A DNA stretch of 64,000 nt, taken from assembly GCF_009914755.1 (NCBI RefSeq), contig NC_060942.1; one strand, 5' to 3'. This document shows, piece after piece, positions 1-11,100 of this stretch. Every line of letters starts with the position of its first letter. Position 1 is the first letter of the stretch. A program made the position numbers and the translations under genes. This stretch comes from the human T2T-CHM13v2.0 reference genome, Homo sapiens. A model generated the notes under the pieces. The model made no database searches. It worked only from the letters and a program-made list of their open reading frames with translations, and had not been told where the DNA came from.

Positions 1-328
1 AGCGGGAATTCATACAAATTGCAGACTGCAGCGTTCTGAGAAACATCTTTGTGATGTTTGTATTCAGGACACAGAGTTGAACATTCCCTATCATAGAGCA
101 GGTTGGAATCACTCCTTTTGTAGTATCTGGAAGTGGACATTTGGAGCGCTTTCAGGCCTATTTTGGAAAGGGAAATATCTTCCCGTAACAACTATGCAGA
201 AGCATTCTCAGAAACTTGTTTGTGATGTGTGCCCTCTACTGACAGAGTTGAACCTTTCTTTTCATAGAGCAGTTTTGAAACACTCTTTTTGTAGAATCTG
301 CAAGAGGATATTTGCATAGCTTTGAGGA

Positions 329-345
329 TTTCGTGGGAAACGGGA
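329..345 (+). promoter_or_regulatory. CENP-B box (protein-binding site), variant TTTCGTGGGAAACGGGA; recurs once per HOR
   Basis: Matches the core NTTCGNNNNANNCGGGN. Confidence 0.93.
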
Positions 346-670
346 TTGTCTTCAGGTAAAATCTAGACAGAAGCATTCTCAGAAACTTCTTTGGGATGTT
401 TGCATTCAAGTCACAGAGTAGAACATTCCCTTTGGTAGAGCAGGTTTGAAACACTCTTTTTGTAGTATCTGGAAGTGGACATTTGGAGCGCTTTCAGGCC
501 CATGTTGGAAAGGGAAATATCTTCCCGTAACAACTAGGCAGAAGCATTCTCAGAAACTTATTTGAGATGTGTGTACTCAACTAAGAGAATTGAACCACCG
601 TTTTGAAGGAGCAGTTTTGAAACACTCTTTTTCTGGAATCTGCAAGAGTATATTTGCCTAGCCTTGAGGA

Positions 671-687
671 TTTCGTTGGAAACGGGA
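671..687 (+). promoter_or_regulatory. CENP-B box TTTCGTTGGAAACGGGA; recurs once per HOR
   Basis: Exact match to the consensus YTTCGTTGGAARCGGGA. Confidence 0.96.
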
Positions 688-1012
688 TTGTCTTCAGAGA
701 AAATCTAGACAGAAGCATTCTCAGAAACTTCTTTGGGATGTTTGCATTCAAGTCACAGAGTAGAACATTCCCTTTGGTAGAGCAGGTTTGAAACACTCTT
801 TTTGTAGTATCTGGAAGTGGACATTTGGAGCGCTTTCAGGCCTACGTTGGAAAAGGAAATATCTTCCCATAACAACTAGACAGAAGCATTCTCAGAAACT
901 AGTTTCTGATGTGTGTCCTCAACTAACACAGTTGAACATTTCTTTAGACAGAACAGTTTTGAAACACTCTTTTTGTGGAATCTGCAAGTGGCTATTTGGC
1001 TAGATTTGAGGA

Positions 1013-1029
1013 TTTCGTTGGAAACGGGA
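1013..1029 (+). promoter_or_regulatory. CENP-B box TTTCGTTGGAAACGGGA; recurs once per HOR
   Basis: Exact consensus match. Confidence 0.96.
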
Positions 1030-1179
1030 TTACATATAAAAAGCAGTCAGCAGCATTCTCAGAAAGTTCTTTGTGATGATTGCATTCAAGTCACAGAATT
1101 GAACATTCCCTTTCACAGAGCAGGTTTGAAACACTCTTTTTGTAGTGTGTGTAAGTGGACATTTGGAGCACTTTCCGGC

Positions 1180-1196
1180 CTAAGGTGAAAAAGGAA
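1180..1196 (-). promoter_or_regulatory. pJalpha-type box of A-type monomers (representative copy)
   Basis: The reverse complement TTCCTTTTTCACCTTAG resembles the pJalpha motif (TTCCTTTTYCACCRTAG). It occupies the CENP-B-box-equivalent position in the alternate monomers. Confidence 0.7.
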
Positions 1197-1350
1197 ATAT
1201 CTTCCCATAAAAACTAGACAGAAGCTTTCTCAGAAACTTACTCGTGATGTGTGTCCTCAACTAAAGGAGTAGAACCTTTCTTTTCATAGAGAAGTTTTGA
1301 AACGCTCTTTTTGTGGAATCTGCAAGTGGATATTTGGCTAGTTTTGAGGA

Positions 1351-1367
1351 TTTCGTTGGAAGCGGGA
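1351..1367 (+). promoter_or_regulatory. CENP-B box TTTCGTTGGAAGCGGGA overlapping an EcoRI site; recurs once per HOR
   Basis: Exact consensus match. Confidence 0.96.
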
Positions 1368-1688
1368 ATTCATACAAATTGCAGACTGCAGCGTTCTGAG
1401 AAACATCTTTGTGATGTTTGTATTCAGGACACAGAGTTGAACATTCCCTATCATAGAGCAGGTTTGAATCACTCCTTTTGTAGTATCTGGAAGTGGACAT
1501 TTGGAGCGCTTTCAGGCCTATGTTGGAAAAGGAAATATCTTCCCATAACAACTAGACAGAAGCATTCTCAGAAACTTATTTGAGATGTGTGTACTCAACT
1601 AAGAGAATTGAACCACCGTTTTGAAGGAGCAGTTTTGAAACTCTCTTTTTCTGGAATCTGCAAGTGGATATTTGGCTAGCTTTGGGGA

Positions 1689-1705
1689 TTTCGCTGGAAG
1701 CGGGA
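1689..1705 (+). promoter_or_regulatory. CENP-B box variant TTTCGCTGGAAGCGGGA; once per 12-mer, twice per 16-mer (also 2364-2380)
   Basis: All nine core positions are retained. Confidence 0.93.
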
Positions 1706-2025
1706 ATACATATAAAAAGCACACAGCAGCGTTCTGAGAAACTGCTTTCTGATGTTTGCATTCAAGTCAAAAGTTGAACACTCCCTTTCATAGAGCAGTC
1801 TTGAAACACCCCTTTTGTAGTATCTGGAACTGTTCTTTTGGAGCGATTTCAGGGCTAAGGTGAAAAAGGAAATATCTTCCCATAAAAACTGGACAGAAGC
1901 ATTCTCAGAAACTTGGTTATGCTGTATCTACTCAACTAACAAAGTTGAACCTTTCTTTTGATAGAGCAGTTTTGAAATGGTCTTTTTGTGGAATCTGCAA
2001 GTGGATATTTGGCTAGTTTTGAGGA

Positions 2026-2042
2026 TTTCGTTGGAAGCGGGA
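2026..2042 (+). promoter_or_regulatory. CENP-B box TTTCGTTGGAAGCGGGA; once per 12-mer, twice per 16-mer (also 2701-2717)
   Basis: Exact consensus match. Confidence 0.96.
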
Positions 2043-5000
2043 ATTCATACAAATTGCAGACTGCAGCGTTCTGAGAAACATCTTTGTGATGTTTGTATTC
2101 AGGACACAGAGTTGAACATTCCCTATCATAGAGCAGGTTGGAATCACTCCTTTTGTAGTATCTGGAAGTGGACATTTGGAGTGCTTTCAGGCCTATGTTG
2201 GAAAAGGAAATATCTTCCCATAACAACTAGACAGAAGCATTCTCAGAAACTTATTTGAGATGTGTGTACTCAACTAAGAGAATTGAACCACCGTTTTGAA
2301 GGAGCAGTTTTGACACACTCTTTTTCTGGAATCTGCAAGTGGATATTTGGCTAGCTTTGGGGATTTCGCTGGAAGCGGGAATACATATAAAAAGCACACA
2401 GCAGCGTTCTGAGAAACTGCTTTCTGATGTTTGCATTCAAGTCAAAAGTTGAACACTCCCTTTCATAGAGCAGTCTTGAAACACCCCTTTTGTAGTATCT
2501 GGAACTGGACTTTTGGAGCGATTTCAGGGCTAAGGTGAAAAAGGAAATATCTTCCCATAAAAACTGGACAGAAGCATTCTCAGAAACTTGTTTATGCTGT
2601 ATCTACTCAACTAACAAAGTTGAACCTTTCTTTTGATAGAGCAGTTTTGAAATGGTCTTTTTGTGGAATCTGCAAGTGGATATTTGGCTAGTTTTGAGGA
2701 TTTCGTTGGAAGCGGGAATTCATACAAATTGCAGACTGCAGCGTTCTGAGAAACATCTTTGTGATGTTTGTATTCAGGACACAGAGTTGAACATTCCCTA
2801 TCATAGAGCAGGTTGGAATCACTCCTTTTGTAGTATCTGGAAGTGGACATTTGGAGCGCTTTCAGGCCTATTTTGGAAAGGGAAATATCTTCCCGTAACA
2901 ACTATGCAGAAGCATTCTCAGAAACTTGTTTGTGATGTGTGCCCTCTACTGACAGAGTTGAACCTTTCTTTTCATAGAGCAGTTTTGAAACACTCTTTTT
3001 GTAGAATCTGCAAGAGGATATTTGCATAGCTTTGAGGATTTCGTGGGAAACGGGATTGTCTTCAGGTAAAATCTAGACAGAAGCATTCTTAGAAACTTCT
3101 TTGGGATGTTTGCATTCAAGTCACAGAGTAGAACATTCCCTTTGGTAGAGCAGGTTTGAAACACTCTTTTTGTAGTATCTGGAAGTGGACATTTGGAGCG
3201 CTTTCAGGCCCATGTTGGAAAGGGAAATATCTTCCCGTAACAACTAGGCAGAAGCATTCTCAGAAACTTATTTGAGATGTGTGTACTCAACTAAGAGAAT
3301 TGAACCACCGTTTTGAAGGAGCAGTTTTGAAACACTCTTTTTCTGGAATCTGCAAGAGTATATTTGCCTAGCCTTGAGGATTTCGTTGGAAACGGGATTG
3401 TCTTCAGAGAAAATCTAGACAGAAGCATTCTCAGAAACTTCTTTGGGATGTTTGCATTCAAGTCACAGAGTAGAACATTCCCTTTGGTAGAGCAGGTTTG
3501 AAACACTCTTTTTTTAGTATATGGAAGTGGACATTTGGATCGCTTTCAGGCCTACGTTGGAAAAGGAAATATCTTCCCATAACAACTAGACAGAAGCATT
3601 CTCAGAAACTAGTTTCTGATGTGTGTCCTCAACTAACACAGTTGAACATTTCTTTAGACAGAACAGTTTTGAAACACTCTTTTTGTGGAATCTGCAAGTG
3701 GCTATTTGGCTAGATTTGAGGATTTCGTTGGAAACGGGATTACATATAAAAAGCAGTCAGCAGCATTCTCAGAAAGTTCTTTGTGATGATTGCATTCAAG
3801 TCACAGAATTGAACATTCCCTTTCACAGAGCAGGTTTGAAACACTCTTTTTGTAGTGTGTGTAAGTGGACATTTGGAGCACTTTCCGGCCTAAGGTGAAA
3901 AAGGAAATATCTTCCCATAAAAACTAGACAGAAGCATTCTCAGAAACTTACTCGTGATGTGTGTCCTCAACTAAAGGAGTAGAACCTTTCTTTTCATAGA
4001 GAAGTTTTGAAACGCTCTTTTTGTGGAATCTGCAAGTGGATATTTGGCTAGTTTTGAGGATTTCGTTGGAAGCGGGAATTCATACAAATTGCAGACTGCA
4101 GCGTTCTGAGAAACATCTTTGTGATGTTTGTATTCAGGACACAGAGTTGAACATTCCCTATCATAGAGCAGGTTGGAATCACTCCTTTTGTAGTATCTGG
4201 AAGTGGACATTTGGAGCGCTTTCAGGCCTATGTTGGAAAAGGAAATATCTTCCCATAACAACTAGACAGAAGCATTCTCAGAAACTTATTTGAGATGTGT
4301 GTACTCAACTAAGAGAATTGAACCACCGTTTTGAAGGAGCAGTTTTGAAACTCTCTTTTTCTGGAATCTGCAAGTGGATATTTGGCTAGCTTTGGGGATT
4401 TCGCTGGAAGCGGGAATACATATAAAAAGCACACAGCAGCGTTCTGAGAAACTGCTTTCTGATGTTTGCATTCAAGTCAAAAGTTGAACACTCCCTTTCA
4501 TAGAGCAGTCTTGAAACACCCCTTTTGTAGTATCTGGAACTGGACTTTTGGAGCGATTTCAGGGCTAAGGTGAAAAAGGAAATATCTTCCCATAAAAACT
4601 GGACAGAAGCATTCTCAGAAACTTGGTTATGCTGTATCTACTCAACTAACAAAGTTGAACCTTTCTTTTGATAGAGCAGTTTTGAAATGGTCTTTTTGTG
4701 GAATCTGCAAGTGGATATTTGGCTAGTTTTGAGGATTTCGTTGGAAGCGGGAATTCATACAAATTGCAGACTGCAGCGTTCTGAGAAACATCTTTGTGAT
4801 GTTTGTATTCAGGACACAGAGTTGAACATTCCCTATCATAGAGCAGGTTGGAATCACTCCTTTTGTAGTATCTGGAAGTGGACATTTGGAGCGCTTTCAG
4901 GCCTATTTTGGAAAGGGAAATATCTTCCCGTAACAACTATGCAGAAGCATTCTCAGAAACTTATTTGAGATGTGTGTACTCAACTAAGAGAATTGAACCA

Positions 5001-8000
5001 CCGTTTTGAAGGAGCAGTTTTGACACACTCTTTTTCTGGAATCTGCAAGTGGATATTTGGCTAGCTTTGGGGATTTCGCTGGAAGCGGGAATACATATAA
5101 AAAGCACACAGCAGCGTTCTGAGAAACTGCTTTCTGATGTTTGCATTCAAGTCAAAAGTTGAACACTCCCTTTCATAGAGCAGTCTTGAAACACCCCTTT
5201 TGTAGTATCTGGAACTGGACTTTTGGAGCGATTTCAGGGCTAAGGTGAAAAAGGAAATATCTTCCCATAAAAACTGGACAGAAGCATTCTCAGAAACTTG
5301 TTTATGCTGTATCTACTCAACTAACAAAGTTGAACCTTTCTTTTGATAGAGCAGTTTTGAAATGGTCTTTTTGTGGAATCTGCAAGTGGATATTTGGCTA
5401 GTTTTGAGGATTTCGTTGGAAGCGGGAATTCATACAAATTGCAGACTGCAGCGTTCTGAGAAACATCTTTGTGATGTTTGTATTCAGGACACAGAGTTGA
5501 ACATTCCCTATCATAGAGCAGGTTGGAATCACTCCTTTTGTAGTATCTGGAAGTGGACATTTGGAGCGCTTTCAGGCCTATTTTGGAAAGGGAAATATCT
5601 TCCCGTAACAACTATGCAGAAGCATTCTCAGAAACTTGTTTGTGATGTGTGCCCTCTACTGACAGAGTTGAACCTTTCTTTTCATAGAGCAGTTTTGAAA
5701 CACTCTTTTTGTAGAATCTGCAAGAGGATATTTGCATAGCTTTGAGGATTTCGTGGGAAACGGGATTGTCTTCAGGTAAAATCTAGACAGAAGCATTCTC
5801 AGAAACTTCTTTGGGATGTTTGCATTCAAGTCACAGAGTAGAACATTCCCTTTGGTAGAGCAGGTTTGAAACACTCTTTTTGTAGTATCTGGAAGTGGAC
5901 ATTTGGAGCGCTTTCAGGCCCATGTTGGAAAGGGAAATATCTTCCCGTAACAACTAGGCAGAAGCATTCTCAGAAACTTATTTGAGATGTGTGTACTCAA
6001 CTAAGAGAATTGAACCACCGTTTTGAAGGAGCAGTTTTGAAACACTCTTTTTCTGGAATCTGCAAGAGTATATTTGCCTAGCCTTGAGGATTTCGTTGGA
6101 AACGGGATTGTCTTCAGAGAAAATCTAGACAGAAGCATTCTCAGAAACTTCTTTGGGATGTTTGCATTCAAGTCACAGAGTAGAACATTCCCTTTGGTAG
6201 AGCAGGTTTGAAACACTCTTTTTGTAGTATCTGGAAGTGGACATTTGGAGCGCTTTCAGGCCTACGTTGGAAAAGGAAATATCTTCCCATAACAACTAGA
6301 CAGAAGCATTCTCAGAAACTAGTTTCTGATGTGTGTCCTCAACTAACACAGTTGAACATTTCTTTAGACAGAACAGTTTTGAAACACTCTTTTTGTGGAA
6401 TCTGCAAGTGGCTATTTGGCTAGATTTGAGGATTTCGTTGGAAACGGGATTACATATAAAAAGCAGTCAGCAGCATTCTCAGAAAGTTCTTTGTGATGAT
6501 TGCATTCAAGTCACAGAATTGAACATTCCCTTTCACAGAGCAGGTTTGAAACACTCTTTTTGTAGTGTGTGTAAGTGGACATTTGGAGCACTTACCGGCC
6601 TAAGGTGAAAAAGGAAATATCTTCCCATAAAAACTAGACAGAAGCATTCTCAGAAACTTACTCGTGATGTGTGTCCTCAACTAAAGGAGTAGAACCTTTC
6701 TTTTCATAGAGAAGTTTTGAAACGCTCTTTTTGTGGAATCTGCAAGTGGATATTTGGCTAGTTTTGAGGATTTCGTTGGAAGCGGGAATTCATACAAATT
6801 GCAGACTGCAGCGTTCTGAGAAACATCTTTGTGATGTTTGTATTCAGGACACAGAGTTGAACATTCCCTATCATAGAGCAGGTTTGAATCACTCCTTTTG
6901 TAGTATCTGGAAGTGGACATTTGGAGCGCTTTCAGGCCTATGTTGGAAAAGGAAATATCTTCCCATAACAACTAGACAGAAGCATTCTCAGAAACTTATT
7001 TGAGATGTGTGTACTCAACTAAGAGAATTGAACCACCGTTTTGAAGGAGCAGTTTTGAAACTCTCTTTTTCTGGAATCTGCAAGTGGATATTTGGCTAGC
7101 TTTGGGGATTTCGCTGGAAGCGGGAATACATATAAAAAGCACACAGCAGCGTTCTGAGAAACTGCTTTCTGATGTTTGCATTCAAGTCAAAAGTTGAACA
7201 CTCCCTTTCATAGAGCAGTCTTGAAACACCCCTTTTGTAGTATCTGGAACTGTTCTTTTGGAGCGATTTCAGGGCTAAGGTGAAAAAGGAAATATCTTCC
7301 CATAAAAACTGGACAGAAGCATTCTCAGAAACTTGGTTATGCTGTATCTACTCAACTAACAAAGTTGAACCTTTCTTTTGATAGAGCAGTTTTGAAATGG
7401 TCTTTTTGTGGAATCTGCAAGTGGATATTTGGCTAGTTTTGAGGATTTCGTTGGAAGCGGGAATTCATACAAATTGCAGACTGCAGCGTTCTGAGAAACA
7501 TCTTTGTGATGTTTGTATTCAGGACACAGAGTTGAACATTCCCTATCATAGAGCAGGTTTGAATCACTCCTTTTGTAGTATCTGGAAGTGGACATTTGGA
7601 GTGCTTTCAGGCCTATGTTGGAAAAGGAAATATCTTCCCATAACAACTAGACAGAAGCATTCTCAGAAACTTATTTGAGATGTGTGTACTCAACTAAGAG
7701 AATTGAACCACCGTTTTGAAGGAGCAGTTTTGACACACTCTTTTTCTGGAATCTGCAAGTGGATATTTGGCTAGCTTTGGGGATTTCGCTGGAAGCGGGA
7801 ATACATATAAAAAGCACACAGCAGCGTTCTGAGAAACTCCTTTCTGATGTTTGCATTCAAGTCAAAAGTTGAACACTCCCTTTCATAGAGCAGTCTTGAA
7901 ACACCCCTTTTGTAGTATCTGGAACTGGACTTTTGGAGCGATTTCAGGGCTAAGGTGAAAAAGGAAATATCTTCCCATAAAAACTGGACAGAAGCATTCT

Positions 8001-8130
8001 CAGAAACTTGTTTATGCTGTATCTACTCAACTAACAAAGTTGAACCTTTCTTTTGATAGAGCAGTTTTGAAATGGTCTTTTTGTGGAATCTGCAAGTGGA
8101 TATTTGGCTAGTTTTGAGGATTTCGTTGGA

Positions 8131-11100
8131 AGCGGGAATTCATACAAATTGCAGACTGCAGCGTTCTGAGAAACATCTTTGTGATGTTTGTATTCAGGAC
8201 ACAGAGTTGAACATTCCCTATCATAGAGCAGGTTGGAATCACTCCTTTTGTAGTATCTGGAAGTGGACATTTGGAGCGCTTTCAGGCCTATTTTGGAAAG
8301 GGAAATATCTTCCCGTAACAACTATGCAGAAGCATTCTCAGAAACTTGTTTGTGATGTGTGCCCTCTACTGACAGAGTTGAACCTTTCTTTTCATAGAGC
8401 AGTTTTGAAACACTCTTTTTGTAGAATCTGCAAGAGGATATTTGCATAGCTTTGAGGATTTCGTGGGAAACGGGATTGTCTTCAGGTAAAATCTAGACAG
8501 AAGCATTCTTAGAAACTTCTTTGGGATGTTTGCATTCAAGTCACAGAGTAGAACATTCCCTTTGGTAGAGCAGGTTTGAAACACTCTTTTTGTAGTATCT
8601 GGAAGTGGACATTTGGAGCGCTTTCAGGCCCATGTTGGAAAGGGAAATATCTTCCCGTAACAACTAGGCAGAAGCATTCTCAGAAACTTATTTGAGATGT
8701 GTGTACTCAACTAAGAGAATTGAACCACCGTTTTGAAGGAGCAGTTTTGAAACACTCTTTTTCTGGAATCTGCAAGAGTATATTTGCCTAGCCTTGAGGA
8801 TTTCGTTGGAAACGGGATTGTCTTCAGAGAAAATCTAGACAGAAGCATTCTCAGAAACTTCTTTGGGATGTTTGCATTCAAGTCACAGAGTAGAACATTC
8901 CCTTTGGTAGAGCAGGTTTGAAACACTCTTTTTTTAGTATATGGAAGTGGACATTTTGATCGCTTTCAGGCCTACGTTGGAAAAGGAAATATCTTCCCAT
9001 AACAACTAGACAGAAGCATTCTCAGAAACTAGTTTCTGATGTGTGTCCTCAACTAACACAGTTGAACATTTCTTTAGACAGAACAGTTTTGAAACACTCT
9101 TTTTGTGGAATCTGCAAGTGGCTATTTGGCTAGATTTGAGGATTTCGTTGGAAACGGGATTACATATAAAAAGCAGTCAGCAGCATTCTCAGAAAGTTCT
9201 TTGTGATGATTGCATTCAAGTCACAGAATTGAACATTCCCTTTCACAGAGCAGGTTTGAAACACTCTTTTTGTAGTGTGTGTAAGTGGACATTTGGAGCA
9301 CTTACCGGCCTAAGGTGAAAAAGGAAATATCTTCCCATAAAAACTAGACAGAAGCATTCTCAGAAACTTACTCGTGATGTGTGTCCTCAACTAAAGGAGT
9401 AGAACCTTTCTTTTCATAGAGAAGTTTTGAAACGCTCTTTTTGTGGAATCTGCAAGTGGATATTTGGCTAGTTTTGAGGATTTCGTTGGAAGCGGGAATT
9501 CATACAAATTGCAGACTGCAGCGTTCTGAGAAACATCTTTGTGATGTTTGTATTCAGGACACAGAGTTGAACATTCCCTATCATAGAGCAGGTTGGAATC
9601 ACTCCTTTTGTAGTATCTGGAAGTGGACATTTGGAGCGCTTTCAGGCCTATGTTGGAAAAGGAAATATCTTCCCATAACAACTAGACAGAAGCATTCTCA
9701 GAAACTTATTTGAGATGTGTGTACTCAACTAAGAGAATTGAACCACCGTTTTGAAGGAGCAGTTTTGAAACTCTCTTTTTCTGGAATCTGCAAGTGGATA
9801 TTTGGCTAGCTTTGGGGATTTCGCTGGAAGCGGGAATACATATAAAAAGCACACAGCAGCGTTCTGAGAAACTGCTTTCTGATGTTTGCATTCAAGTCAA
9901 AAGTTGAACACTCCCTTTCATAGAGCAGTCTTGAAACACCCCTTTTGTAGTATCTGGAACTGGACTTTTGGAGCGATTTCAGGGCTAAGGTGAAAAAGGA
10001 AATATCTTCCCATAAAAACTGGACAGAAGCATTCTCAGAAACTTGGTTATGCTGTATCTACTCAACTAACAAAGTTGAACCTTTCTTTTGATAGAGCAGT
10101 TTTGAAATGGTCTTTTTGTGGAATCTGCAAGTGGATATTTGGCTAGTTTTGAGGATTTCGTTGGAAGCGGGAATTCATACAAATTGCAGACTGCAGCGTT
10201 CTGAGAAACATCTTTGTGATGTTTGTATTCAGGACACAGAGTTGAACATTCCCTATCATAGAGCAGGTTGGAATCACTCCTTTTGTAGTATCTGGAAGTG
10301 GACATTTGGAGCGCTTTCAGGCCTATTTTGGAAAGGGAAATATCTTCCCGTAACAACTATGCAGAAGCATTCTCAGAAACTTGTTTGTGATGTGTGCCCT
10401 CTACTGACAGAGTTGAACCTTTCTTTTCATAGAGCAGTTTTGAAACACTCTTTTTGTAGAATCTGCAAGAGGATATTTGCATAGCTTTGAGGATTTCGTG
10501 GGAAACGGGATTGTCTTCAGGTAAAATCTAGACAGAAGCATTCTCAGAAACTTCTTTGGGATGTTTGCATTCAAGTCACAGAGTAGAACATTCCCTTTGG
10601 TAGAGCAGGTTTGAAACACTCTTTTTGTAGTATCTGGAAGTGGACATTTGGAGCGCTTTCAGGCCCATGTTGGAAAGGGAAATATCTTCCCGTAACAACT
10701 AGGCAGAAGCATTCTCAGAAACTTATTTGAGATGTGTGTACTCAACTAAGAGAATTGAACCACCGTTTTGAAGGAGCAGTTTTGAAACACTCTTTTTCTG
10801 GAATCTGCAAGAGTATATTTGCCTAGCCTTGAGGATTTCGTTGGAAACGGGATTGTCTTCAGAGAAAATCTAGACAGAAGCATTCTCAGAAACTTCTTTG
10901 GGATGTTTGCATTCAAGTCACAGAGTAGAACATTCCCTTTGGTAGAGCAGGTTTGAAACACTCTTTTTTTAGTATATGGAAGTGGACATTTGGATCGCTT
11001 TCAGGCCTACGTTGGAAAAGGAAATATCTTCCCATAACAACTAGACAGAAGCATTCTCAGAAACTAGTTTCTGATGTGTGTCCTCAACTAACACAGTTGA

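Larger units (their letters stand above)
1..8130 (+). repeat. Cluster 1 of three 16-mer HOR variants (2710 bp each: 1-2710, 2711-5420, 5421-8130)
   Basis: The marker ORF at 236, 2946, 5656, 8366 has a 2710-bp period. The 675-bp tetramer occurs twice per unit (61-aa marker ORFs at 1576/2251, 4286/4961, 6996/7671). Confidence 0.97.

Noticed and set aside
206-214. TTCTCAGAA/TTCTGAGAA dyad in nearly every monomer, resembling a STAT GAS motif (TTCNNNGAA) or a mini-hairpin
   Set aside because: It is a standard part of the alphoid consensus with only 4-bp arms, and the sequence gives no evidence of function.
1033-1043. TATA-like CATATAAAAAG immediately after some CENP-B boxes
   Set aside because: It is expected in AT-rich satellite. 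Alphoid transcription is known in general, but a promoter cannot be supported from sequence alone.
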